Positions 48,701-61,635 of a stretch of DNA of 64,000 bases are shown here, in pieces. Below the pieces are notes generated by a model. It did no database searches and was not told where the DNA came from. It saw only the letters and a list, made by a program, of their open reading frames with translations. Numbering within the stretch: the first letter of the stretch is position 1; each line of letters starts with the position of its first letter. Made by a program: the position numbers and the translations under genes. The stretch is from Ginglymostoma cirratum (Eukaryota): positions 2,046,279 through 2,110,278 of the forward strand of contig JAHRHZ010000085.1 in assembly GCA_024137785.1 (NCBI GenBank), written 5' to 3'.

Positions 48701-50159
48701 TTAGCATGGTAACAGATGTAGGGAGACTAAAAATTTGCAAACCCTGAAGCTAGTGATTTTCAATTCTGGCCATATTAAATGGACTCTGCCATCATAGCTC
48801 CATCCTTCAGGAATTTGGTGCATGCCACTTGATATCAAGAAATCACTAAAGTTACTGGCTGCTGTGAATCATAATAGCACTGGGGATAAATCCAGCTGTA
48901 GGAGTGTAGATGCTTGCTCCAGAACTCTCAATACTTCTAGTCAAGCTATTTTGGCACAAGTACAGTAAAACAAGCCTTTCTTTGGCCACAACATTTTCAA
49001 CGACAAATTAGCAACTCTCTAACTTCTTCTCAGCCACAGAAAAGAAAAACTGAGAAAAGGAGTCAATCTATGTAACAGACTTCAACAGTCTGCTCAGTGA
49101 TACTTAGTTTGGGATGCACAAGTGGCCATTGCAATTTTAACTTCAGTACATACATAGCCCCAGCACAGAAAAAAAAAATAGACAAGACTTGAAAACAGGA
49201 ACAAAAACAAAGTTGCTGGAAAAGCTCAGCAGGTCTAGCAGCATCTGTCCAGTAACCCTTCCTCAGGAAGGAGGAATAAGACTTAAGATAAAACTCAGAT
49301 ATGACTTAAGACTGACTTCTCTTGACATCAAGGCAACATTTTAGCAATTCATGCATCAAAGAATCCTAGCTTATTTGACTTCAATGGACAACAGGTAGAA
49401 CATTCCATTTAGTCTTTGCACTTATACTTCAGGACAAAGTAATCTGGTTCGAGATGTTAAAGGTCAATCATATAGATCCCAAGTTACTACTGCAGAAATA
49501 TCTCAATGGAATATTCTAGACCCAACAAATTTTAGCCGCTTCACGTAGGACCTTCAATCCCTCTGAAAGTTAGAAATGGCGATATTCATTAACAACAACA
49601 ACATCATTGCCCCTGAGATACTGAGGAGTTCTCTGTTCTCACAAAGAAATGGCTGGAAATTGTTTGATTTTCGGGTGATAAGGGTTTGGTAACATGACAT
49701 TCAGAAAAGTGCAAGGCAATGGCAAAATACAACAAAAAAATAAAACAGTCTCCAATAAATTGTTGAACATTACTACAATTGTTGAATTCTCAGGTGAGCA
49801 CAGTGAGGTTACCAGTGAATGGAAGCTGACCTGTAATGCACAAAGCTTGGCTAGAAAAAAGTCAGAAAGTAAGAATTTTACAATGGCTGCGCTTATGTCA
49901 TAACTTTCCAAGGACTGACCTTTGCTGAGTTGGAGAGGCTTGAGTGTTCCACTGATCTTGAGATTGATGCTATCAGTAGTTCTCAACTCATAATGGTAAG
50001 GTTGGAGGTGACAATGTGCAATCCGAAATAAGTCCTCAACAGTGAATCAGGTGATAATATTTGTAAGTCAACCCCCTCCCCAAACACATGCACACACACT
50101 GACCACATGCTCCACCCACACACACATACACCACACAGACAGAACACATAGTCAACGCA

Positions 50160-50228
50160 CACACACGCACTCATCTATCTCTCTCTCTGTTTCTTTCTCT
50201 CTCTCACACACACACACACGCACACACC
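50160..50228. repeat. (CA)/(CT) compound microsatellite
   Basis: Seen directly. Confidence 0.85.
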
Positions 50229-50399
50229 CTGTGGTGAGTGGACATGTCTGGGGCAGGATTGAGAGACCTGGAAGTACTGAGGTTCAGACTATGGAGTTTT
50301 TCTCTTGTAATAGGAACAGGGCAAGATTTTGGCAGTTTTCTTCTTATTCTTCTTATCCTGCCCTCTTAAAGATCCACTCTGCCCACAGTACATGAGGAA

Positions 50400-51505
50400 A
50401 GGGCTAGAAAAGGCACTCTAAAAAATATTCTGTTCATCAGCACCTTGGCTGGGAAACCACATCCAGCAGGCTCAGCCACCGGTGGTCTGAAAACTAAAGT
50501 CAAATTCACATTCTCAAAACCTGGAATGTACAAACCCTCATAAAGGACAAGTGAATCAGTCAGTCAAGCCTTTCTCTACGTCTTTGCAGAAGCATACCGA
50601 AGAATTGGCCTCAGCCTCAACCCCAAGGAGACTCAATTCATTGACTAACCCATTCCAGGATCAGTTCTGGTCCATCCCTCCATTAAGGTCAGTGAAGAAA
50701 TCCACCAAAATGTGAAACATTTTCCCTACCTGGGCAGGTCCTTCTCACCTAAAGCTGACATTGATGCAGAGATCCAACACCACCTTCAGTCTGTGAATAC
50801 TGCCTTCAGATGCCTAAGGATGGGAATCTTCAACAACCATAACATTCGTGCTGATACAAAGATCCTTGTGTATAAGGCAGTAATCCATTTTATTCTCTTA
50901 TTTGGCTCCAAAACTTGGACTACACAGTGATACTACCTCAAGACCCTCGAGAACAGCCATCAATGTTTTTTCAGAAGGATTCACCACATCACCCAGAAGA
51001 ACAGACACATTAACATCAACATCCTTAAAGTAGCCAATAGCACCGGCATCAAGGCTGTAATCATCAGAAGCCAACTCTGCTATGTGCTTAGAATACCATG
51101 GAGTTCCAACTGTGAAAGCAAATCTTCACCCAGCTCAAGGAATGCACCTGAGCAAAAGAAGGACAAAAGATGCATTTCAAAGACTCCCTGGAGGGTTCCC
51201 TCAAGAAATGCAACATAGATGTCTATGTGTGGGAAACCCTCATTCAGAAAAAAAACAAACGTGATGGAATACTTTGAGAGGATCTGTCAGCAAGAGGAAA
51301 TATGGAAAAGGAACGGACAAAGGAATGCCAATGATCTCAAGGCCAAGGACCAATTCCACTTCCTGGAATCACCTTCCAACTGCGTGTTTGGAGATGTGGC
51401 TTTAGGAACGGGCTCATTGGCCATGTAAGGACCATCCAACCCATGATCAGGGATATGGAATTTCCTAGGCAGACAATCATACTCATTGGAGAGTGATTAC
51501 TGATG
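50400..51505 (+). mobile_element. RTE-clade LINE, internally deleted and degenerate
   Basis: TWNVQTL endonuclease start, then FAEAY.RIGLSLN, HFPYLG...IDAEIQH, TKILVYKAV...LLFGSKTW. Confidence 0.82.
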
Positions 51506-52699
51506 ACCTTATAACTCCCCAGAGTATGCTCCACATCTGACAGTATCGACTCATGTGTGAGATAAAATATTCTCCACGTGTGGATGTTGGCAGCTGCGGC
51601 TTTTCTCCAAAAAGTTCAACACCATGCCGGAAAAATATCGCCTAGTTGACGAGTTCCTCCCCCACCACAAAAAACATTTACTGCCTCATGCAGTGATGCA
51701 CAGAGACAGCAAAACACGCCAACTCTATGATGCATTACACAAACTTGCCAATGCTCCATTGAAGCACCTCTAAAGGTTGCTACATCTGAAGGAAAATGAC
51801 ACAAGGAAATTGACAGAAGGTACATGGAAACGTCTTCCTCAGATAACCTTGGCTGTCCTGCTGCCATATGGCTTGTATCCATTCAATAAAACAACTCATC
51901 ACCACCTTTTCTATGTCAATAGGATAGAAAAAAGTTGTTGGTTTTGGCAACAAAATTCACATGCTGTATGGCTGTAATTTTATGCTCACCAATCGTTTTA
52001 TTTTCATTTGTCTTTCATGAGATGTGAGTGGTGTAAGAGAAGCCCTTACTTCGTCCTCCTTTATCTTGCATTCCTTGCTGTGCAACTGGAATGCATGTAT
52101 GGCCCTCTCTTCTGTATGGTCAAACAATATTCGTGTTTCAGCCTCCAAAAGTTCCTCTTTGTGCAATTTTCAAATTTCACATTACCTTCATAAGTATGAG
52201 GCTACATGCTTAGCTGTTTTATCAAGCATCATCAAATCAGAAGCCTCTATAGAGGCTCTTCTTAATGGCCTAACTGCTCAATTAAAAAAAAAAGCAGAAC
52301 TGCCAGTGTTGGGAAATCAGTGGTAATTATAGTGGTCATATCTTTTATCCCAAATACAAAGGAATTTACCAGTTAAGTGTCATGATTAGATAGAATACAA
52401 TCAAATGAAATGTGTTCACTCATTGAATTAACTTAACATGAAATGCCTGATTTGATCATTGAGTAGATTTGGGGATCCATATTAAACTAGGAAATACAGT
52501 CTTTTGAGAATTGTCACTGAGAAGTTGATGACCAGTGACTTTCTTAAATACAATTGTGAGGACGACTGGGGAATTTCACAAGCCAGTTTATTCTCTAATA
52601 TGTAAATCTGGTCTGAAGTAACACACTAATTCTTGGCTGGAATTACTTGTACTAGCTTTTAAATTCAGACTTGTTTAACTAAATACATTTTAATCCATG

Positions 52700-54431
52700 A
52701 TAACAAGCATGGGGCTGGATGAACACAGCAGTCAAGCAACATCATAGGAGCAGGAAAACTTGACGTTTCAGGCCTAGACCCTTCATCAGAAATGGGGGAG
52801 AGGAAGAGGGTTCTGAAATAAATAGGGAGAGAGGGGAGGCGGATAGAGGATGGAGAGAGGAGAGGCTAGGTGGAGAGGAGGCTGACAAGTCGAAGAGGCG
52901 GGGATGGAGCCAGTAAAGGTGAGTGTAGGTAGGGGGGGTGGGGAGGAGATAGGTCAGTCCCGGGAGGAAGGACAGGTCAAGGGGGCAGGATGATGTTAGT
53001 AGATAGGAGATGGGGGTGTGGCTTGAGGTGGGAGGAGGGGATAGGTGAGAGGAAAAACAGGTTAGGGAGGTGGAGATGAGCTGGGCTGGTTTTGGGATGC
53101 GGTTGGGGGAGGGGAGATTTTGAAGCTTGTGAAATCCACATTGATGCCATTGGGCTGCAGGGTTCCCAGGCTGAATATGGTTTGTTGTTCCTGCAGCCTT
53201 CGGGTGGCATCACTGAGGCATTGCAGGAGGCGCCGGATGGACATGTCATCTGAGGAATGGGAGGGGGAGTTGAAATGGTTCGCGACTGGGAGGTGCAGTT
53301 GTTTGTTGCGAACTGAGCGCAGGTGTTCTGCAAAGCAGTCCCCAAGCCTCTGCTTGGTTTCCCCGATGTAGAGGAAGCCACAAGGGGTACAGCGGATGCA
53401 GTATACCACATTGGCAGATGCGCAGGTGAACATCTGCCTGATGTGGAAAGTCTGCGATAGGGTTAGACCTTTCAAACCCCACCAACAAAGACATTTTAAC
53501 CTCCCCACCCTTATCTGCCTTTCGGAGGGACCACTCCCTCCGCGACTCCCTTGTCCGCTCCACACTCCCCTCCAGCCCCACCACACCTGGCACTTTTCCC
53601 TGTAACCGCAGGAAGTGCTACACCTGCCCCCACACTTCCTCCCTCACCCCAATCCAGGCCCCAAGAAGACTTTCCACATCAGGCAGATGTTCACCTGCAC
53701 ATCTGCCAATGTGGTATACTGCATCCGCTGTACCCGTTGTGGCTTCCTCTACATCGGGGAAACCAAGCGGAGGCTTGGGGACCGCTTTGCAGATCACCTG
53801 CGCTCGGTTCACAACAAACAACTGCACCTCCCAGTCGCGAACCATTTCAACTCCCCCTCCCATTCCTCAGATGACATGTCCATCCGGGGCCTCCTGCAAT
53901 GCCACAGTGATGCCACCCGAAGGCTGCAGGAACAGCTAATCATATTCAGCCTGGGAACCCTGCAGCCCAATGGCATCAATGTGGATTTCACAAGCTTCAA
54001 AATCTCCCCTCCCCCAACCGCATCCCAAAACCAGCCCAGCTCATCTCCACCTCCCTAACCCGTTATTCCTCTCACCTATCCCCTCCTCCAACCTCAAGCC
54101 ACACCCCCATCTCCTATCTACTAACATCATCCCGCCCCCTTGACCTGTCCGTCCTCCCTGGACTGACCTATCTCCTCCCTACCCCCACCTTTACTGGCTC
54201 CATCCCCGCCTCTTCGACTTGTCTGCCTCTCCTCTATCCATCCTCTATCCGCCTCCCCCTCTCTCCCTATTTATTTCAGAACCCTCTTCCCCTCCCCCAT
54301 TTCTGATGAAGGGTCTAGGCCCGAAACGTCAAGTTTTCCTGCTCCTAAGATGCTGCTTGACCTGCTGTGTTCATCCAGCCCCATGCTTGTTATCTCGGAT
54401 TCTCCAGCATCTGCAGTACCTTTTATCTCTG
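52700..54431. mobile_element. Large palindromic PLE family A insertion with two inverted GIY-YIG/pLTR arms
   Basis: 17-bp TSD atacattttaatccatg at 52683-52699 and 54432-54448; mirror ORFs 53062-53586 (-) and 53615-54058 (+); hammerhead at 54303-54330. Confidence 0.93.
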
Positions 54432-54704
54432 ATACATTTTAATCCATGGTTTGATTTCATGGAAATAATCTCATGTATCTGAATCATTAATACAGATTAT
54501 TCAGCCAGCAACAGAACTATTTCAACTAATTCTGCTGTAACACTTCACTTATATAATGCATTTTAATTCTCAAGCTGGACTGTTTCTCCTTTATCTATCG
54601 TTTTGATATTTCCCTGCATGACGATACTAACTACTTCATTATTTGGTGTCTATCTGGCATTAAAAAGCTTAATCCAACATATGATCACTGCGAAAGTGCT
54701 AGTG

Positions 54705-55250
54705 AAACATAGAAATAGGAGTAGGCCATTCAGATCCGAGCTGTTCCATTCAGTCAGATCATGGCTGATCTGTGGTCTAACTCTATATACCTGCCTTTGG
54801 CCCATATCCCTCAACACATTTGCTCAAAAAAAATTTACCAACTTCAGATTTAAACTCAACAACTGATTCAGCATCCACTGCCATTGGTGGAAACAAGTTC
54901 CAAACATCTCCCCTTTGCGTGTAAAAGCTTTTCCTAATATCTCTCCTGAATGGCCGGTCCTTAATTTTTAGGCCATGCTCCTAGTTTTACGATCCCTAAC
55001 CAGTGGAAATAGTTTTTTTTTTTCTTTTCTGTCTTTTCCTGTGAATATCTTGAAGAATTTGAACATATCATTCCTTAACCTACTAAATTCTAGAGAAAGC
55101 AGGCCTAATTTGTATAATCTCTCCTAGCAACTTAACCCCTGAAGTCCAGAATCATTCTTGTACCTATTTCGTACTCCCTCCAAAGCCAATATGTCCTTCC
55201 TAAGATGAAATGCCTAGATCTGCTCACTGTAAGGGCTTCAAGTGGGATCT
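54705..55250 (-). mobile_element. CR1 3' fragment
   Basis: Similar to 17322-18030. Confidence 0.75.
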
Positions 55251-56049
55251 ATACAAAGCTTCAACACAATTAAATATTATGCCACAGGTCTTCGTTCAAT
55301 AAGCCCATCATTCTTGACCGCACTGACAGATTGTATAATTAAACTTTATATTTCTTTCTCCCTGTCTCCTGTATGAGCTATACAATACACAAAATTATTT
55401 AATTATCACAATATGATTTATTTTGCATTCAGCAATGCAAATATTCAACCGTGGGCGTATGCAATAATGATGACCTTTCCATTATGTTTTTTTTTCTAGA
55501 AAGTTTGAAGGTCTTATTAAGTATTACACAACTTGTATACATATTATGAAGGAGGAAGTGGCTTATTTCCACCTCAGCTGACTTACCCCATCGCTTTAAA
55601 AATAACATTGTGGGTCAATGGAAACATCTGACATTGCTATTTCACAACATGAGATGGAACGCTAATAATGACCTACTTGCAAGTATTGTTGTGAACTTAT
55701 TGCAAATTTGAACACTGTTTCCATCATTTTTCGATCTATGAACAGTTCATTAATGGGAACATGTTCACCACACCATATGTTCATCTCCATCTTGTTGTCT
55801 GATTGGCTTGCATTTTATTTTCAAACAATTTATACCCAGTTTTAAGTAGGTATGTGAATTTTTTTACAATATAATGAAATGTCCAGTAATAATACTTCTG
55901 CAGATTACAGACCATATAATTGCTGTTGGTATCCATATTAAAGATATAAATTGTTAATAACTGGTGTTGAACTACACTTGAAATAACCAGAACATTTGAA
56001 CAATGGAATAATGACTCCTCTGGTATTCAATTATCATTTATTAGAATAA

Positions 56050-56820
56050 TAGAATCACAAAAAGAAGGAACAGTATTAGCCCATCTGACCATAGAACCTG
56101 CACACCTTGCAATATGATCACAACTGATCATCCAGATCAGTGCCCTATTTCTGCCTTCTCTCCATACTCTTTCATTCCTCTAAACAGATAAACTATATTT
56201 AACTCCTTCTTGAAAAGATTGAACTGATTGCCTTGAACTGCTTTCTGTGGCAGAGAATTCCACGTGCTCACTACTCCCTGGGTGACAAAATTTCTCTGCA
56301 GTTCAAACCTTAACGACCCACTCCATATCATAAGACTGTAACCCTTGGTTCTGGAGCCTTGGTCGTTGGGAACATCCTTCCTGCACTTACCCTATCCAGT
56401 CCTTATAGAATTTTGGTTTCTATGAGACCACCCTTTATTCTTCTAAACTTCAGTCAATGTAATCCAGCTAATCCAGCCTCTCTTGATACGTCAGCCCTAC
56501 TTTCACAGGAATGAATCTGGTAAACCTTCGCTGCATTCCCTCAGATAAGGAGACCAAAACTGCACACAATCCCCTACGGAGTGGTCTCATAAAGGACATG
56601 TAAGGTGAAGCAAGATCTCTGCACCTGCACTCAAAACTTCTCAATATGAAGGCCAACATACCATTTGTCTTCTTCACCACCTGAATCTTTACTTTCAAAG
56701 ACTAGTGTACAAGAATACAGAGATCTAGTTGCATCTCCCCTTTTCTAACTCTATCACCATTCAGATAATAATCCACCTTCCTGTTTTTGCAAACAAATTG
56801 GATAACCTCACAATTTTCCA
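56050..56820 (-). mobile_element. CR1 3' fragment
   Basis: NGMLAFI, QRRFTRFIP and WNSLPQKAV peptides. Confidence 0.8.
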
Positions 56821-57649
56821 CAGGCTTTGTCACAGAGAAAGCGATGTTCGAAAATATGAGGGCGTAAAGGTGGGTGAAAGGGGGAGGGGTCTGGGTGGGA
56901 CACTCTGATGATCGGTGTGGACTTGTTGGGCTGAAGGGCCTATTTCCACAATATAGGGATTCTATGAGTCATAAGGAAAATTGGTTCCACTGGTAAGGGC
57001 ATCAGCAATCAGCAGGCACAACTTAGGGAATGCAGAACTATAAAATCAAATAACAGTATTGGCACAGCAATCATTCAAATCGCCTTCCATGCCTGTGTTG
57101 ACCCTCTGGAGGGGAAGTGCAGCATTTTATTTTACAGTTTTGCCTTCGTCCTGCAACTTTTTTTGCTTGACAGGAATTGATCCAATTCCATTTTAAATTC
57201 ATAAATTTCCCTTCCTCCATTGTCTTCTCCGAAAACATATTCAATATCCTAAACATACACTGATAAAGATTTAGAGACATTATCAAATAAGAGTTATTGG
57301 TCTTCTGCTGAAAGTTTAATTTAAATGTATGTCTTCGCACCTGTCTGTAGCAGCTAGGACAATTCTACAATAACTCTGTGTTTTAACCCACTTTCTAAAA
57401 ATTATTGAGTATATATAGATTTAGAAGGCTGACTGAATTTTGTTCTCACCCAACTGCATTTCCAAATGCAACTATTTCTAATGTGAATGCTATGAATGGC
57501 TACTATACAGTTATAAGGCAAATATATTTGAGTCACCACAGAGAGGGCAGCAGTCATCAACATTTCATTGAGTACATTAGGTACAGCATGGATAGAAGCA
57601 TTGGAATGTAAAAATGTGGAACATAGAAATATAATGTTAAATTAGTATG

Positions 57650-59608
57650 ATATTGTAGGTATACAGAAACATAGTTCAGCGAAGGCAAGGCAGAAATCAG
57701 ACAAGGCTCCTTGAGGCATAAAAAGGAAGCAGGAAAGAACTAAATCAAGGGATTAGGAGAGTTAAAATGGGACTTGAAATGTCCTTACCAAGTAGGATTA
57801 AGGAGAATCACAAGGCAATTTATACATAAATTAAGAGCAAGAAGGTAGCTAAGAAAGAATAGGTCCACTCAAGGGTAAAGGAAGGAATTTTTATATAGAA
57901 CAAGAGGAAGTTGGTGAGGTCCTTAATGAGCACTTGGCCTTGGTATTCATCAAGGAGGAGGACACGGATAATGGGAAGATTACTGAGGGGTATGCTGATA
58001 TTCTTTGTCATATCAATATTAAGAAGGAGGAGGCATTGGGTGTCTTGAAAAATGTTAAGCTAGATAAGTCCCCAGGGCCTGATGGGATCTATCCCAGGAT
58101 ACTGAGGCAGGCAAGGGAATAGATTAATGACGCCTTGACAGAGAACTCTGTATCCTCTTTAGCCACAGGTGAGGCCCCAGAAGACTGGGGTAATAGCCAA
58201 TGTTGTTCCTTTGCTTAAGAAGGGCAACAGGGATAATCCAGGAAATTAAAGGCTGGTGAGCATTACATTTGTGGCAGAAGATTCTTGGGGACAGGATTTG
58301 CTCACATATGGAAAAAAAATGAACTTATTAGGGACAGCCAGCATGGCTATGTGAAGAGGAGATCTTATCTAAGAAATTTAATTGACTTTCTTGAGGAAGT
58401 AATGAAGATAATTGTTGAGGATGAGGCAGAAGATGCAGTCTACATGGTCTTTAATAATGCGTTTGACAAGGTCCTCCATTATAGGCTAGACCAGAAGATT
58501 ATGTCTCATGGGATCCAAGGTGAGTTGGTAAATTGTATACAAAATTAGTCATAGAAGACAGAGTATCTGTGTGGAGGGGTAGTCTTCTGAATGGAGTTCT
58601 GTGACCAGTGGAGTTCCATAAGGATCATCACTTGGACTTCTGTTGTTTGTCATAAATATATTCTAAAAAATGGATGAAAATGTAGGTGGTAAGATTAATA
58701 AATTTGTAAATGCCATGAAAATTGGTAGAAGATAGTGAGAAAGGTTATCAAAGGATACAGATCAATTGGTAAGTCGGGCAGAGAAATGGCAGATGGAGTT
58801 GAATCCAGGCAAGTTTGAGGTAATGCATTCTGTGAGGTCAAATGGAAGAGGAATATATGCAGTAAATGACAGGACCCTTCAGAGTATTTAAATAAAAAGG
58901 GATCTTGAGGTGCAAATTCATAGTTCCCTGAGATTGGCAACACAAAATAGATAAGGCAGTAAAGGTGGCCATGGCATGCTTGTTTTCATCATTTAGGACA
59001 CTGAGTATAAAAGTTGCCAATTAATTTTGCAGCTGTATAAAACATTAATTTGGTTACATTTGGAACATTTGGGAGCAGTTCTGTTCATCGCACAATAGGA
59101 AGTATGTGGTGGCTTTGGACAAGGTGCAAAAAAGGTTTACCAGGATGCTACCTGGATTGGAGTGAATTAGCCATAAGGAGACTTTGCCCAAATTTGGATT
59201 GTTTTCGCCAGAGCATTGGAACCTGAAGGAGCAATCTGATAGAAGTATACAAAATTATGAGAGATAGTAATAGGGTGAATAATTGGAATAATGTTTTCCA
59301 GGGTGGAAATGTCAAATACGAGGAGCTTAGCTTTCAGCTGAGATGGAAGATTTTAAAGGAAATTTGCAAGTTTTTTTTTTAGACAGAGACTGGTAGGTGT
59401 TTGAAATGTGCTGCCAGGAGAGGTGGTAGATGCAGATGTGATAGCAATGTCTAAGGGGCATTTCGACAGACCCATGAACATGCTAGGAATAGAGGGATAA
59501 AGACCATATGGGAAGGCAAATGGGATTAATTTAGAATGGCATCATGGTCAGCACAGAGATGGTGGGCTGAAGGGCCTGTTCCTGTACTGTACTGGGTTTT
59601 ATGTTCTA
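57650..59608 (+). mobile_element. Degenerate CR1 ORF2 and 3' UTR
   Basis: KSPGPDGIYPRIL, SQHGY, NAFDKV; 3' tail gggcctgttcctgtactgtac. Confidence 0.88.
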
Positions 59609-60660
59609 AGAACAGGAGTAGGCCATTTGACCTTTCAAACCTGATCCACCATTCAACATGATAATTGTTGATCCTCTATCTCAGTGCCATATTCCCACCT
59701 TCTCTTCAATGACCCTTAAAATCTAAAAGAAGATCCGGCTTTTCCTTGAATATATTCAGTGACTTAGCCTCCACAGCTTTCTGTCCAGAATTCCATAGGT
59801 TAATTACCCTGTGAGTTAGGAGAAGTTTCCTCATTTCAGTTCTAAATGATATGCAGAATCCCCTGGTTCTAGACTCCCCAAATAGCAAAAACATCCCCCT
59901 TGCTTCTAGTCTGTCCAGCTCTTTTGAATGTTACACATTTCAATCTGATACCCTTTCATCCTTCTAAACTCTGGTGAGTACGAGACCAGTTAACCCAATA
60001 TTTCTTCACAGGACAGTCCTGCCAAGCCTGGTATCAATGCATTGAACATCGACTGCACTTACTCTTTGGTAAGTATATCTTCTTTAAGATAGGGAGACCA
60101 AAATTGCACACAATACTGCAGGTGTGATCTCATCAAGGTCCCATATAACTGCAGTAAGGCATCCCTACTCCTGAACTCAAATTCTCTTACAATGAAAGCC
60201 AATCTTACTTTTTCCTTCATAATTGTTTGCTGCATCTACTTTTATTGACTGGTTTGCAAGGGCACCCAGACCATGTTTGGTCATTTGCATACCCAATATG
60301 TCACCATTTAAATAAGATACTTCCTCCCTGTTTTTCCAAATGAACTATGCAACTTCACATTTAGCCAAATTGTACTGCATCTGACCTGTGCTTGCCCACA
60401 CACTCAAATTGTCTAAATTACTTTGCAATCTCCATGCATCCTTCTTAGAACTCACAATCCCACCCAGGTTTTTTTTGTCATCAGCAAACTTGTTGCATTT
60501 GGTTCACTTGTTCAAATTATTTAAATATATCACAAACAGCAGGGGCCATGCATTGATTATTCTCTTGCCCCACTAGTCACTGCCTACCAGGTGGAAAAAT
60601 ATACATTTATTCCCTGTCTTTGTTTAGTGTATTGCAACCAATTTTTGATCCATGCCAATA
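59609..60660 (-). mobile_element. Degenerate CR1 3' portion
   Basis: GESRTRG...VINLWNS peptide. Confidence 0.78.
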
Positions 60661-61547
60661 TATTTAAGATGAAGCATGAATAAAGTAAAATCCATAAGAG
60701 ATTGCCAACTAGAAGTAGCAGAATAAGTTTTTCAATTACAATTTGAAAGTTTATGACCAAGTAATTGGGACACTCTACTGATACATGCAACTAATCTGAA
60801 TATTCCTAGTTCACTGTGGACAGATTAGATCATGTCAGGAGTCGCATCAGGCACAACTGAAAATGTGCTACTGAAATGGTGAAGCTCTAACATAAAATTA
60901 CATGCATCAATTGTTGTAGAGAGTACCAGACTTTCACCCAATGAATGGATTAAATCATAATATGCAGTGCAGCATTGGGCAAGAGTTAGTGATGGGGAAT
61001 GTTTGAAAATTCCCTTACAAGTGAAATAGGAGACTCATCAAAATTTCCATTATGAAAGCTAGTGGAGTCCTCCAAATGACCCTAAATAAGCAATGGGCAC
61101 AACAGCCAGTTCAAAAGAAGAGTCATACTGGACTTGAAATGTTGTTGCTGGTTCTGACTTTACGGATGCTGACAAACCTGTTCAGTTCCTATAGAATTTT
61201 GGGAAGTGTGGATGACTGAGGAAGCTTACAATATTCTGCTTAATCAAATGATCATGTAAGTGCAGTGATAGCCAGAGATAAGTTATTCTACGACCAAAGG
61301 ATTGATCTAAGACCACAGATACCAGTCTTCAGCTAGTTTGATTGACTCCAGGCGATATCAAGTAATGACTGAAGACACTGGCTACTGCAAAGTTTATGCT
61401 ACCTCACAATATTTTGGAAATTGGTCTGAAGACTTATGCCTGAGAGTTTGCTACACTCTTAGCCAAGTTGTCTCAGTACAGCCATAACATGGACAATATG
61501 GAATACTGCCTTGGTATATACTGTACACAGAAAGCAGGAGAAATCTG

Positions 61548-61635
61548 AGATAACAAGCATGGGGCTGGATGAACACAGCAGGTCAAGCAGCATCATAGGA
61601 GCAGGAATTCTCCTCTGCAGTACCTTTTATCTCTC
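61548..61635. mobile_element. Minimal 88-bp PLE family A insertion made of both termini only
   Basis: 14-bp TSD gcaggagaaatctg at 61534-61547 and 61636-61649. Confidence 0.85.

Noticed and set aside
51990-52269. Protein-like minus-strand segment (KLHKEELLEAETRILFDHTEERAIH...) between plausible splice sites
   Set aside because: The frame has three stops and I recognise no family or partner exons. It could be a pseudo-exon but cannot be supported without a search.
57130-57250. Exon-like frame DIEYVFGEDNGGREIYEFKMELDQFL
   Set aside because: FKMELDQFL resembles the CR1 ORF2 C-terminus, so this is probably a decayed LINE end.
5524-61635. Reading the dispersed palindromic repeats as CRISPR repeats or DNA-transposon MITEs
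   Set aside because: The context is eukaryotic with no spacer array. The arms are continuous with GIY-YIG PLE coding sequence, the ends are asymmetric and TSD length varies.
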